Virus record (IMG/VR): IMGVR_UViG_3300045282_000164
Location: 1-52,249 of that record
Strand: one strand, 5' to 3'
DNA length: 52,249 nt
From: a virus
Lineage: Duplodnaviria > Caudoviricetes
Positions 25,330-35,958 of the stretch are shown here, piece after piece. Under the pieces are notes generated by a model. The model was given only the letters and a program-made list of their open reading frames with translations, made no database searches and was not told where the DNA came from. Made by a program: the position numbers and the translations under genes. Position 1 is the first letter of the stretch, and each line of letters begins with the position of its first letter.

Positions 25330-25989
25330 GTGACCACCGTAACCCTACATAAGCCCTTGGTCATCACCAAGCCAACCGTGCTGGAAAACAAGGTTTACAA
25401 TTGTGGTCCCGAAATGGTCGGCAAGACAATGATCGAGATCCCGAGCTCGCCGACAAACCGCAGGCTTGAGGATGTACACCTTAACCGCGTGACTTTGAAT
25501 TGTAATGGCATCGCGGGTGCTGGATTAGCGGCAATCGATCTGTGGGGAAGCTCATTCACCAATGTCCAGGTGATCGCCCCAACCGTGACCGCCTATTATC
25601 TGGCCGGGGAAACATTCGCCATGCAGTACTGTGATTTTCTACGGTGCTCTGCTTGGTGTATCTGGAATACCGGCGCGTTACTTCTGGATGGTACGGGACC
25701 AGGGGTAGGCAACAACGCCAATGTTTGTTTCGGGACGTTTAAGAGTTGCTACTTTCACACCGAGGGGGGCACGTCGTTGGAAATCCGCGATTGTGACACC
25801 TGTACGTTTGAGAACTGCGGATTCGAAACTGTAACTGGCTTTGCTGTCCGCTGCTATGAGCGCGGGTCGAATGCCTGGGAAAACAACGACCCAGGACCAG
25901 GGCGGATGTATTTTGCCCATCCCGAGCGCGAGAATTTTGTATCCTGGGGAAAATGTAACGGGGCGCCGAACTTTGTTTCGCAGGATTAA
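25330..25989 (+). CDS. Beta-helix (pectin-lyase-like fold) protein
   Basis: Repeated TFxxCxF turns. Confidence 0.6.
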   Translation: MTTVTLHKPLVITKPTVLENKVYNCGPEMVGKTMIEIPSSPTNRRLEDVHLNRVTLNCNGIAGAGLAAIDLWGSSFTNVQVIAPTVTAYYLAGETFAMQYCDFLRCSAWCIWNTGALLLDGTGPGVGNNANVCFGTFKSCYFHTEGGTSLEIRDCDTCTFENCGFETVTGFAVRCYERGSNAWENNDPGPGRMYFAHPERENFVSWGKCNGAPNFVSQD

Positions 25990-25998
25990 TTTTGCCTA

Positions 25999-27660
25999 AT
26001 GCCTAGCTTGGAAGAATTAATCGAACGCGCCGACACTCTCACAGTTGATGAGCTAAAGGCCCTTCCCCGTGAGGACCGTATCAAGCTCGCCTTGGAACTT
26101 CAGCAAAAACGCCAGGGCATCCAGATGGAAAATCAGCTGCTTTTCTACAAGCCGGTTTCCGATGAAGCAAGGAGGTTTCATTGTTCACAAGTACAGCAGA
26201 GAATTATTCTTGGTGGCAACGGCAGTTCGAAATCGGAAACTCAATTGGTAGACCTTATTATAGAGATGACCGGGATTATCCCATACTCATTGCAGTCAAT
26301 ATACCCGAAAGAGAAACTTCGTGCGCCTTTGATGGCGCGCTTAATTGTAGAGAGTTTCACTTCTACCTGGGAAGGATCGATCAAGCCCAAACTAGTTTGG
26401 AATACCTGGACGGGCTTAAAAGACGGGATTCGCGGGCATTGGGGGTGGATCCCAAAAAGTCTCCTTAAAAATGGTAAGTGGGAGGACTCATGGAGTGCCG
26501 AATTTCGTACGTTAACCTTGACCAATGGATCGAAGTTACAGATCTTCTCACACGACCAGGAAGTTTCGAAGATGGCTTCGGCTTCAGTTCACCGGATTGC
26601 TGTGGACGAGGGGCCGAGCTCGGCCGAATGGCGGGAGAATTTAATGCGACTGAGGGAGGGCGGTTCTATCTCTCTTGCGATGACTCCGCCGGACGAAGAA
26701 TCGAAATCCTGGGCTTCAGCCTGGGTTTACGATGAACTTTATACCAAGGGCCAGCTTGGACCTGAGAAAGACCCCGACATTGATTCGTTTACCTTCAAAA
26801 CCCGCGACAATCCATTTGTAGATCAAGAGGCGATCACCAAGGCCATTAAGGGCATGACCGAGACACAGCAGGCCACCCGAACCGAAGGTGCGTTCACCCA
26901 CCTCGGCGGCCTTGTCTATCCTATATATAGGGATACGCCAACCATGTGGTGTTTCACGTGCAACGAGCGGACGTTTTTGGTCAACAACACCTGTGGCAAG
27001 TGCGCAGGGACCGATTTCACCGAGTACACCAACTTTGTTGAGCCGGATCCAAAATATTACCGATACCCAACCGTATTCTTGATTGATCCGCACCCACGCA
27101 AGCCTGTCATGATGATTTGGGTTGCCGTGGATCCGATTGATGATGCTGCGCAGATCCATGAGATGGAATTGGACAAGGAACCCGAGGATATTGCCAAACG
27201 GGTATTTGAATTTGAGAAGGAAATGGATTTGACCATTGCCGCCCGTATCATGGACTCCAAAATGGGCGGTCAAGCCGCATCAAATGCCGGCAAACGTCAC
27301 GTTAGTGTCAAAATGGCCTATGATCAGGTTGGACTTCGGTGTAAGATGGCAGACAATGATTTCGCAGTGGGTAAAAACCGTCTCAAATCACTCCTCAAGC
27401 CCGACGGCAGAACCAGGAAGCCTCGTTACGTCGTTTTCAATACATGTAAACGTACCAACTTCATGTTCAAGCATTTCGTTTGGGATGAATTCGTGCATGG
27501 TGACGGTAAGGACCAGAAGCAACAGCCAAAATCGCTCAACGACGATTTCCCAGCACTCGCCAGATATTTTGCCAACGAAGATTACACCTTCGCTCGCCTA
27601 ACAATGGGTATCCAGCCGATGAGGAGCACAAAACGGCAGAGAAGGACGGCATATGGATGA
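25999..27660 (+). CDS. terL: Terminase large subunit
   Basis: Walker A GGNGSSKS; Walker B IAVDEG; AMTP; TRDNPFV; nuclease IDPHPRKP and DDFP. Confidence 0.92.
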   Translation: MPSLEELIERADTLTVDELKALPREDRIKLALELQQKRQGIQMENQLLFYKPVSDEARRFHCSQVQQRIILGGNGSSKSETQLVDLIIEMTGIIPYSLQSIYPKEKLRAPLMARLIVESFTSTWEGSIKPKLVWNTWTGLKDGIRGHWGWIPKSLLKNGKWEDSWSAEFRTLTLTNGSKLQIFSHDQEVSKMASASVHRIAVDEGPSSAEWRENLMRLREGGSISLAMTPPDEESKSWASAWVYDELYTKGQLGPEKDPDIDSFTFKTRDNPFVDQEAITKAIKGMTETQQATRTEGAFTHLGGLVYPIYRDTPTMWCFTCNERTFLVNNTCGKCAGTDFTEYTNFVEPDPKYYRYPTVFLIDPHPRKPVMMIWVAVDPIDDAAQIHEMELDKEPEDIAKRVFEFEKEMDLTIAARIMDSKMGGQAASNAGKRHVSVKMAYDQVGLRCKMADNDFAVGKNRLKSLLKPDGRTRKPRYVVFNTCKRTNFMFKHFVWDEFVHGDGKDQKQQPKSLNDDFPALARYFANEDYTFARLTMGIQPMRSTKRQRRTAYG

Positions 27661-27825
27661 CAAATACCCAGGAGTTGCAGAAGGCGCAATCTGGACTTTT
27701 ACTTCTGAGCAAAACGGCATCACCATAGGTGTGTCTAAAGACACTTTTCATGACTCGTTGTTGCTTACATGGAAGCAAATCGATGACATGATGAAGCGAT
27801 GGAGGAAGAAAGTTGATTGAACTAA

Positions 27826-30231
27826 GTGGCTGAAGAAACAACCAGCGACAAACCAACTCTGGATCTTGCCAAGCCGTCAGACGATGCGCCTAAGGCAAAG
27901 CGGCTGCTACCCAAGCGATCTTTTAAGATCGACAAAGAAAAGTTTGTCCAGTACATCCTCCAGAACCTAAAAACCGATCTTCAGGACCGTGAGCAGCGCA
28001 TGATTCGTAAGCAGGCGCGTGACATGAAGCTCGATGGGTGGCTAAGCGCCAAAACCTACCCGTGGGACAACGCCAGTAATTACCAAGTCCCGGCGATGTT
28101 GATTGCCCACCTAAAAATGTGCGGCACCCTCCAGAACGCTCTGAAGTCCATCCGTCCCATGATGGAAGCCAAGGCCAAGCAGCGGAGAAACAACGGCCGG
28201 GAACAGACAATCGATAATGTGCTGGACTTTCAGATGTTCGTGGAAAACCAGGGCGAGACGGCGATCGACAATATCACCACTCATTTTTGCCGTGACGAGG
28301 CGGTATTTGCCACGGTGCAATGGGTGAAGGAAACCCAGACGTTTCACGATTTGCGGCTATTGAAACCGCTTGACCCGGCTAAATCAGTTGAACTCCAGTT
28401 GCTTGAAAACCTCACAATTGTTTACCCCAACATGCTCACCCAGGAAGCGACAACAAACGATTATTACGAATGGAAGGTAACATACAAAGATGATAGCGGA
28501 GATATTCGGTACTCCACTTGCTGCTTTTATGAAATGGATGACGGGGCAATCCAAGCCGCCCTTGTTACCAAAGTCACAACCTTTGATGGACCCAGCCTGC
28601 AAGTCAAAAACTTTGAAGACATCGTCTTCCCAATTCGATCAGCCAATCTCCAACCGCCTTCTGACACGAACCCCGATGGAGCACCTTACTATAACGAACT
28701 CTTCACCTTTTCCGTGGACACTTGTAAACGACGATACCAAGACGGAACCTATCACCAACTCGACGACGACGGAATGGCCAAAATAGAGGCGTCAAAGTCA
28801 GTGGCGGGAAGCGGCGATGAAAGTGACACACCCAAGGAACAGACCGACCGCCAAGAAGGGGTCGAGCTTTCCAAGGCAAACAAGAGGGAGGACCGCCAGG
28901 GCGTAAAACACTATGGACGCTACGACGTTGATGGTGACGGTCTTGAGGAGGATGTTGTTGCCTGGGTTGCTAGGGATGCCGGTGTCCTTCTCAAGGTTGA
29001 GCTCCTCACCGAGGTTTTTCCCGTCATTCCTATCAGCCGACCGATTGCCCATGCTTCTTTTGAGCCTACACCAAATAGAGTTTACGGTAAATCCCAAGCG
29101 GAACTTTTAGAAACCCTAGAAGATGCCATGACGACGATGCTAAACCAGCACATCGATTACGGCACCCTTACCAACACGCCGTTTGGCGTATACCGCGCTG
29201 CCTCTGGATTAAAAGGCGAACCAATCTTTATTGAACCCGGCACCATGATTCCGCTAGATGATCCGATGAACGATATCAACTTTCCATCCATGCCGCAGCG
29301 CGATAGCGCGTTTGCCTTGAATACAATGGCGGTGTTGCAGCAATTCGTGGAAAGAATCCAATCAATGGGGGATACATCCTTTGGAAGAGTACCACAAGGA
29401 AAAGCCAGCGCACTTAGAACAGCTGGAACGACAATGGCTCTCCTGGCACCGGCAGATGACAGAGCAGAACAAATATTACGACGCTTATTCGGGCTTTTTG
29501 CAAACGTTTTCCAATTCTTTCATGCGCTCAACCGCAGGTACTTACCCAAGCAAAAAGAAATTAGGATGTGTGGCATGGCTGAAGCTGGGGAGGAAGCTTA
29601 TGTCACTTTGGCTAACGGCTCTCAGGACGTAGACTTCGAGATTGACTTTGAATTCAAAGGGAGCCTGATCAACGCAAACAAGCAGGTACTTTCCCAGGAG
29701 ATTTCCGAGGCGTTGTCAATCCTCGTTTCCCCACTTGCGTTCCAGGCCGGTTTCCTCGGTATGACCGAGATGTACAACCTGTTTAGAGATAAGCTGAAAT
29801 CCTTGAACCTCGACCCCGACAAGTATCTGAAGCGGCCCCCCAATCCCATGCCTGGGCCGAAGTTGTTAGCTGAGGAAGTGATTTCAGCCATTCTCGACAA
29901 TGGGTTGCCAATTGGCTCACCGCTTGAAGTTCCTGAGGAGCATTTGCAAAAGATCATCACCTATATGCAGTCTCCTCAGTTTGGTTTCATGAACACCACC
30001 CAGGCGGCGATTCTCAAGCAGTGGATGCTCAAGGTGCAGCAACTTATTCTCCAACAGATGCAATTGATGCAGGAAGCGCAGCAATTTAACCAGCAACAAA
30101 ATAGCGGGCAAGGTGGCGGCGGCGGCCCCCCGACCACGGTTAGCTCAAATGGTACCGGGCCAGCCTCAAATCCTCCACTTAACGGCGCTCAGAATTTGGA
30201 TGAATCTATCGCGCCGCCGGGGACACAATAA
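27826..30231 (+). CDS. Portal protein
   Basis: 801 aa after TerL; KTYPWDNASN; NRVYGKSQAELL; RTAGTTMALL; Q-rich tail. Confidence 0.88.
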   Translation: MAEETTSDKPTLDLAKPSDDAPKAKRLLPKRSFKIDKEKFVQYILQNLKTDLQDREQRMIRKQARDMKLDGWLSAKTYPWDNASNYQVPAMLIAHLKMCGTLQNALKSIRPMMEAKAKQRRNNGREQTIDNVLDFQMFVENQGETAIDNITTHFCRDEAVFATVQWVKETQTFHDLRLLKPLDPAKSVELQLLENLTIVYPNMLTQEATTNDYYEWKVTYKDDSGDIRYSTCCFYEMDDGAIQAALVTKVTTFDGPSLQVKNFEDIVFPIRSANLQPPSDTNPDGAPYYNELFTFSVDTCKRRYQDGTYHQLDDDGMAKIEASKSVAGSGDESDTPKEQTDRQEGVELSKANKREDRQGVKHYGRYDVDGDGLEEDVVAWVARDAGVLLKVELLTEVFPVIPISRPIAHASFEPTPNRVYGKSQAELLETLEDAMTTMLNQHIDYGTLTNTPFGVYRAASGLKGEPIFIEPGTMIPLDDPMNDINFPSMPQRDSAFALNTMAVLQQFVERIQSMGDTSFGRVPQGKASALRTAGTTMALLAPADDRAEQILRRLFGLFANVFQFFHALNRRYLPKQKEIRMCGMAEAGEEAYVTLANGSQDVDFEIDFEFKGSLINANKQVLSQEISEALSILVSPLAFQAGFLGMTEMYNLFRDKLKSLNLDPDKYLKRPPNPMPGPKLLAEEVISAILDNGLPIGSPLEVPEEHLQKIITYMQSPQFGFMNTTQAAILKQWMLKVQQLILQQMQLMQEAQQFNQQQNSGQGGGGGPPTTVSSNGTGPASNPPLNGAQNLDESIAPPGTQ

Positions 30232-30633
30232 ATGAGTAGACTTCCAGAAGAAAATATTGATCCCTACAATGTGGCAAGGGGCGGCATGTGGGACAGTCAA
30301 CGGCTGATAATGGCAAAGCAAGAACAGCTCAAACGCCAGCAGGGCGAGGCAGAAGTCATGTCACGTCTTACGGCAAGCCCTGAGTGGGAAATATACGGGC
30401 GCAAGCTGGAGTTTGAGCTAAACCGTGCCAAACAACTCAGGGCACGACTGGAAAACGCTCTCTTAACCCAGGTTTTAAATCCCCAGGACTATATTGAGGC
30501 AAAAGTACATCAGGCCGGGGCAAAAAGCATGGTTGAAGCACTTGAGTTTAGCTTGAACGTGGCCAAGACACTTATTGAGAAAGGCGAGAAGGCAATAGCT
30601 GAATTAACCTTTATGGAGGCGAGAAAAGAGTGA
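30232..30633 (+). CDS. Post-portal helical protein
   Basis: LTASPEWEIY; position after the portal gene. Confidence 0.65.
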   Translation: MSRLPEENIDPYNVARGGMWDSQRLIMAKQEQLKRQQGEAEVMSRLTASPEWEIYGRKLEFELNRAKQLRARLENALLTQVLNPQDYIEAKVHQAGAKSMVEALEFSLNVAKTLIEKGEKAIAELTFMEARKE

Positions 30634-30952
30634 AAAAAAAGATTCGCGTTTGGCTTCCGCCCGGCTTTCAAAAGGGGGGATGGATGGAAGTGACAGAAAA
30701 ACAACTTATAAAAGCCATTATTCCTAAGAAACCCAAGAAGGCTAAATAATGAGTCAAAAAAACATTGCCAAAATAAGAACTTGCGAAAACTGTGGATATA
30801 ATGCGATACTGACCGCAAAGCAGCTCATCCGACATTGGGAACAATGTATCAAGAAACCCAACAATGATGAGTCATTCGATACGTTAAATGCAGTCTATGT
30901 AAGTACATGGGTTAAAAAAACAGCCTAACATAAGTTTCACGCGGAGAGTTTG

Positions 30953-30990
30953 AGCCGTTGATGCGTTATTGCGTCGCGGCTTTTTTATTT
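30953..30990 (+). terminator. Intrinsic terminator-like hairpin before the scaffold gene
   Basis: AGCCG..GATGC/GCGTC..CGGCT followed by TTTTTATTTT. Confidence 0.55.
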
Positions 30991-31054
30991 TCTGCGCGGT
31001 TTCGCCTGAACCATATCACGGCGCGGCCTATCCTAGCCAAAACAGGGAGTTAAA

Positions 31055-31819
31055 ATGGCAGAAGCCCAAGAAGCGGAAGAAAAGCCCGCAGTACCAATAG
31101 AAGAACCACCTAGCCAGCCAGCACCTATCGAGGATCCGGCTGATGACGAACGCCCGCCCGGTGGATCAGAGGATTTATCGGTTTACGGGCGCAAGATGAA
31201 TGCTCGGGCCAAGAAAGCTGAGCAGGAAGCCAGGTTACTTCGTGAAGAGAATATCCGCCTTGCCCAGAAAGCCAAGGATGCGGAAGAGGCCAAATCAAAG
31301 CCACCTGATGAAATTTACAATCGGCAACAGGTTTTAGCTTTTGTTCGTGAGGGTAAATTAGATCGCGCTGTTGCGGATGACTACATCAAGGCCATTGTTG
31401 AGCCAATGGAAATCAAGGCGCTCTATGAAGCAGCACAGGCCGAGATTGCTGAATTTGTATCACTGATACCGGCATTAGGCGATTCCTCAAGTGAAGCCTA
31501 CAGAAAAGCAGCAGCCGAGTATGCCGACCTGATGAGCAGGGGATTGCCCGACAACCACATCACGCGTGCTCTAGCGATATCGAACGCGCACGGCAAGTTA
31601 TCAATTGTCAAGGAAAGGGCTAGGGTCCGCGAAATGAACAGCAATCCTAGAACAATGCCGGTAGACGGCAGCGGTGGCAGCAACAATGGTGGAAGTGCAC
31701 CTAAAGATATGTCTCATGCGCCGGCACACCTCCAAGAGTACTGGCAAAAGGCGGGGCTCAACGAGAAAGAACGGGCGCAGCATTTCAAGACCTGGCAATC
31801 GAGGCAACCTAAAAAGTGA
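31055..31819 (+). CDS. Scaffolding protein, putative
   Basis: Acidic Pro-rich N-terminus and coiled coil; precedes the capsid genes. Confidence 0.7.
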   Translation: MAEAQEAEEKPAVPIEEPPSQPAPIEDPADDERPPGGSEDLSVYGRKMNARAKKAEQEARLLREENIRLAQKAKDAEEAKSKPPDEIYNRQQVLAFVREGKLDRAVADDYIKAIVEPMEIKALYEAAQAEIAEFVSLIPALGDSSSEAYRKAAAEYADLMSRGLPDNHITRALAISNAHGKLSIVKERARVREMNSNPRTMPVDGSGGSNNGGSAPKDMSHAPAHLQEYWQKAGLNEKERAQHFKTWQSRQPKK

Positions 31820-32232
31820 TAGCAATAGTAAGTAAGTACGCCAAGTTGGGTGAGGGTTTTAGCAAGCGTGAAATTCTCAAGGCCTCAGAAGATCCTGGCA
31901 GGCGTACTAAGGCTCACGGCTACACTTCAGCATCCGCAGCAATCGACAACCGCGTTGCTCAACGGCTAGGCATAGTTCTTTGCGGCTACTGCCGTCCAAA
32001 ATTCAACCCCAAAGCAGTGCATTACCGTCGCGCCTGGATTCCCAACGGTGCCAATATCGACCCTTATAGGACTGATGGTAAATGCGAAGATTGTAAGCAG
32101 CTCACTATCAACACCCCAGGTGGGGGTGTGATGTGGGTTGCTGAAGAACAGTACCACCACGTTTTCCACGAGCCAAGCGGAATGCGAAACGCCATGTGGG
32201 AACGTCTAAGAAACTTATTTTACAGGAGATAA
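31816..32232 (+). CDS. Zn-binding hypothetical protein
   Basis: CGYC..CEDC. Confidence 0.6.
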   Translation: MIAIVSKYAKLGEGFSKREILKASEDPGRRTKAHGYTSASAAIDNRVAQRLGIVLCGYCRPKFNPKAVHYRRAWIPNGANIDPYRTDGKCEDCKQLTINTPGGGVMWVAEEQYHHVFHEPSGMRNAMWERLRNLFYRR

Positions 32233-32233
32233 T

Positions 32234-32980
32234 ATGTCGAAAGCATCTGGATATCTTTGCGGTCAAAATTGGGTAAAGCGTTATAAGCTGGGGGCGACCG
32301 CCGCTGCTACGCTTCTCCCTGGAATTCCCTTTTTAATGGTGGCGACAACTGGCGGCGTGGGGCCGGTCACGGCTACCGCTGGCGCCGATTGTGTTGGCCT
32401 TTCCCTTGGTTCGCCCTCCGGCGCTGGCTATACGACAACCCAGGCAACCGTTCTCGCTTCCGGCGAGGGCATGATTGACATTGAAATCAACCCCCATCTA
32501 GTTATTGAGTCAGTTCAATCTGGCGCGACCACTTCCGGCACTGCTATGCAGCTTGCCACCAACACGGTGGCATCGGCCGGTGGAACCGTAGTGACGGGTA
32601 CAGGCTTAGGCGCCGGTGGCGACATCGACGGTGGGATGATTTGGCGGTATCAGTACGGTGTGGCCGGCGAACTCCGAACCATCACCACGCATACATCTAC
32701 CACGGATCTCCGCGTTACCGTTCCTTTTTCCACGGCAATCGCTGTAGGCGACACCTTTCTCTATAGCACCTACAACGAAACCGGCAACGGCGCGGCCGGC
32801 GGCGACGGTAACTCAAATATCACCCTTACCAGCGATCTTTTGCAGGCGGACTCAAGCGCGGCATCGGGCGCGGGCATTGATTGCTGTGTCGTGAACTTCA
32901 TTGCGGCAGGCCAATATGACACCTTGCTCCAGTGGGTTCTTGGCGATCATATCTTCAACGATAGCGGTTCTCTCGCTTAA
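32234..32980 (+). CDS. Capsid decoration/cement-type protein, putative
   Basis: Gly/Ala/Thr-rich; directly upstream of the major capsid gene. Confidence 0.55.
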   Translation: MSKASGYLCGQNWVKRYKLGATAAATLLPGIPFLMVATTGGVGPVTATAGADCVGLSLGSPSGAGYTTTQATVLASGEGMIDIEINPHLVIESVQSGATTSGTAMQLATNTVASAGGTVVTGTGLGAGGDIDGGMIWRYQYGVAGELRTITTHTSTTDLRVTVPFSTAIAVGDTFLYSTYNETGNGAAGGDGNSNITLTSDLLQADSSAASGAGIDCCVVNFIAAGQYDTLLQWVLGDHIFNDSGSLA

Positions 32981-33047
32981 TTTCTGAAGGCGGGCAAGCC
33001 GGAATGCCTAAGATTTCCCGGCAAACTTAACCTTCAGGAGATTAATT

Positions 33048-33968
33048 ATGCTTCGAACCGATCAAATGGCGGATCTACTGGACCCGCGCTTTCAGGACAT
33101 CCTAAACGACCGTTTTAACAACATTGAGGGCGACATGGTTAACACCATGTACTCAATGAAACCTAGCAAGCTAATTACCGAGCGTTTCAGCACTTTGGGC
33201 ACTATGGATGATGTGCAGCGATTCCTGGGCTCGGTTGATTACGATGATGTTTACCAAGGATTCGATGTGGCGGTTACGCCTTTGGAATTTGCCAAGGGGC
33301 TTCAGATTCAGCGGAGACTGTTCGACACCGATCAGTTCAACCTGATTGAGCAAAAGCCCAAAGCCATGACAGGGGCTCTCTACCGCACCCGCCAGAAGTT
33401 TGCAGCCCGGCCGTTCAACTTCGCCTTTGGTGTTGATAATTTCTTCTACAACCACAGCGAAGGTGTTTCCCTCTGTTCCAATTCCCATATTACCAACTCG
33501 GGCCAATCGACAGCGACAGGTTTTGACAACCTAAACACCACATCGCTCAACCCGGTAACTTACACCGCAGCTCTCTTTCAGATGTATAACTTTCGTGGTG
33601 ATCGGGCAGAGAAAATCACCGTCAGGCCCAATACCCTGATTATCCCCAAGGCTCCAGCCATTGCTGAGCAGGCATATGAGATAGTCAAGTCATCTGCCTA
33701 TCCTAGCCAATCGAATGCCGGCGTGGCGAACTACAACCAGAACAAGACAGAAATCATTGAGTGGATCGAGTTAAATAGCTCCACCAACTGGTTTATGACC
33801 GATATGGAGATGCAAAAAGAGCAGGGGCTTTATTGGCTGGATGCGGTGAAGGCTGAAATGAAGCTGATGGAAGATTTCGACACCTTGGTCATGAAACATC
33901 GCCTTTACGCGGTCTGGGCAAATATGTGGCTCGACTGGCGTTGGATCTGCGGTAGCCAGGTCTCTTAA
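33048..33968 (+). CDS. Major capsid protein, Mu gpT-like
   Basis: DLLDPRF..EFAKGLQIQRRLFDTDQ..GVSLCSNSH..PNTLIIP..TNWFM..DWRWICG. Confidence 0.85.
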   Translation: MLRTDQMADLLDPRFQDILNDRFNNIEGDMVNTMYSMKPSKLITERFSTLGTMDDVQRFLGSVDYDDVYQGFDVAVTPLEFAKGLQIQRRLFDTDQFNLIEQKPKAMTGALYRTRQKFAARPFNFAFGVDNFFYNHSEGVSLCSNSHITNSGQSTATGFDNLNTTSLNPVTYTAALFQMYNFRGDRAEKITVRPNTLIIPKAPAIAEQAYEIVKSSAYPSQSNAGVANYNQNKTEIIEWIELNSSTNWFMTDMEMQKEQGLYWLDAVKAEMKLMEDFDTLVMKHRLYAVWANMWLDWRWICGSQVS

Positions 33969-34025
33969 TCCTAACACTCGTCAGGTGTGGAATAGGTTTG
34001 AGACAATTCTGACAAAGGAGAAATT

Positions 34026-34997
34026 ATGTCTTTTTTAAATAGATACGGCACTCAATTCGGTGCCATGCCTCAGAGCACAGGCACCGTGTGGTTTGTGTCG
34101 CCTTCGGCAACTTACAATATTGGCGGCCAAAGTTACCCTGCTGACAATGCTAACGCCGGCAACTCACCCGAAACCGCAGTAAGGACCATTCAACAAGCGA
34201 TCACGAATGCGACCGCAAACGTGGGCGATGTGATTGCGCTTCTGCCCGGTACGCATACCTCGGCAGTGGGGGCGGTAAACAAGGCGGGGCTTAGTTTTAT
34301 CGGTTTGCCCTACTTCCCTGAATCGGCAATCAGCGGGTACCATACCCAAGGGCCCCAAGTTACGGTCACGGCGTCAGCAACGATTGCTCTCGCGATCACA
34401 GCAGCCGATTGCGCGTTCTACAATATTCGGTTCTTGCCGGTGACAGCCCAAACCAATGTGACTCTAACCACGGCGGCCGCTCGTACCCGGTTTGTCCATT
34501 GCTCATTTGATAATACCGGCGTGGCTGGCAATGCAGCTACAATCGGCCTCGCTGTAACAACGGCGAACCTGCCTCGCGGCCTACATTTCCAGGGCTGTAT
34601 ATTTAGAGATTCTAGCGTGACGACATCTCAGGGCCCGGCCGTAAACCTCGCGGCTTCAAGGGATTTCTGGTTTCACCGCTGCACCATATATAAGGATGGC
34701 CAGATTGCCTCGGGTATTGCTTGGACAACGGCGATAACCCTGGAGGACTTGGCAACCGGAACCTTTGAGGAAGTGAACTATGTCGGTACAGAAGTTTCGG
34801 TAGGTACGACCAAGGTAATCACCGGCACGGCTTTGACAGGCGCGGGCTTGATTCACGTTATCCGTTGCACAAGCACGGTTAACACAGCCTGCTTGTTCTT
34901 GGATGACTTTGCGGCCGCCGATGTGGATTTGTGTTTGAATTACGTTGCGACTGTTGCGGGCGGCACTGGTGGCACCTTAATTACAGCGACAACTTAA
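34026..34997 (+). CDS. Beta-helix virion-associated protein, no signal peptide
   Basis: GTVWFV..NAGNSPETAVRTIQQAITNATANVGDVIALLPGTH. Confidence 0.7.
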   Translation: MSFLNRYGTQFGAMPQSTGTVWFVSPSATYNIGGQSYPADNANAGNSPETAVRTIQQAITNATANVGDVIALLPGTHTSAVGAVNKAGLSFIGLPYFPESAISGYHTQGPQVTVTASATIALAITAADCAFYNIRFLPVTAQTNVTLTTAAARTRFVHCSFDNTGVAGNAATIGLAVTTANLPRGLHFQGCIFRDSSVTTSQGPAVNLAASRDFWFHRCTIYKDGQIASGIAWTTAITLEDLATGTFEEVNYVGTEVSVGTTKVITGTALTGAGLIHVIRCTSTVNTACLFLDDFAAADVDLCLNYVATVAGGTGGTLITATT

Positions 34998-35085
34998 CTA
35001 TCCCCCCGGCTCTTGGCCCTTTGCGTGGCGGGTGGAACTCCTCCCCATTCGCTGCGCCGCCAGGGGTACAAATGAAAGGACAGGT

Positions 35086-35958
35086 ATGAGCGTAGAGACA
35101 GAAGAAATTCTAACCAAGGTGAAGCGAATTAAGAACGTGGCTAAAGATGGCGAGCTTACTCAGAAAGCCGTCAGGTTCATGACCCACCAGGAGCAGGACG
35201 CTAAAAAAGACGACTTGCAGTTTGTAGAAAGCATTCTCTCGCCGCATAACGTCTTGCCTAATCACACCATGATCACCCAGGATGCAAGGAAAAACCTTGT
35301 CAATTACTCGCGCTTTCTAAAGAAGGATTTAGCAGAGAACGTGGCGCCCGATAAGCTACCAGGTGAGGCTAAGGATGCGCTGATGAGACGGCGTGATTTC
35401 TTGGTTGAGAAGATTCGTGAAGGGATGCCGCCCAATGAAATCATGAAGCGCAATCCCCCCGGTGCCGTATCTCAGCACATGAAATGGATGGCGGCAACCA
35501 AGGATTACCAGCTTGAATATAAAAACGTCCAGCGTGCCCTTGAGCCTGATGATAACTCTGAGGATTTGGCAAACATTGAGATGTTACGCCCAAGTATGGC
35601 AGGCCCGGCGGGTGACGCGGCAACATTCATGGCGGATGCGCAGATACAAGGATATTTCGCACAATCGGCACTGGCAAAGGCCAACTGGCCGCTGGGTGAG
35701 CCAAAGATGGATACCGCGTTGGCCCAGGCAGAACGGCGGGAACTCGAGGAGCTGAGAGCGGAGAAGGCTAGGCGGGAAGAGGAGCATAAAGAACGGCAGC
35801 GCAAATATGGGACAAGTGCGGAAGCGTTAGCTAGGCAGGCCAAGAAGTCAGAGGAAACATCCAAACGGATGAAAGAATTCTGGGCAAAGAAAAAGGCCAA
35901 AATAACACCCGAGGTACAAAATGACCAAGCCCAACAAACCGAAACCTACGGAGATTGA
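35086..35958 (+). CDS. Hypothetical helical protein
   Basis: AAGGA SD before ATG 35086. Confidence 0.65.
   Translation: MSVETEEILTKVKRIKNVAKDGELTQKAVRFMTHQEQDAKKDDLQFVESILSPHNVLPNHTMITQDARKNLVNYSRFLKKDLAENVAPDKLPGEAKDALMRRRDFLVEKIREGMPPNEIMKRNPPGAVSQHMKWMAATKDYQLEYKNVQRALEPDDNSEDLANIEMLRPSMAGPAGDAATFMADAQIQGYFAQSALAKANWPLGEPKMDTALAQAERRELEELRAEKARREEEHKERQRKYGTSAEALARQAKKSEETSKRMKEFWAKKKAKITPEVQNDQAQQTETYGD

Noticed and set aside
30791-30802. DnaA-box-like TGTGGATAT as a replication origin
   Set aside because: A single imperfect match overlapping a TATAAT box; more likely part of a promoter
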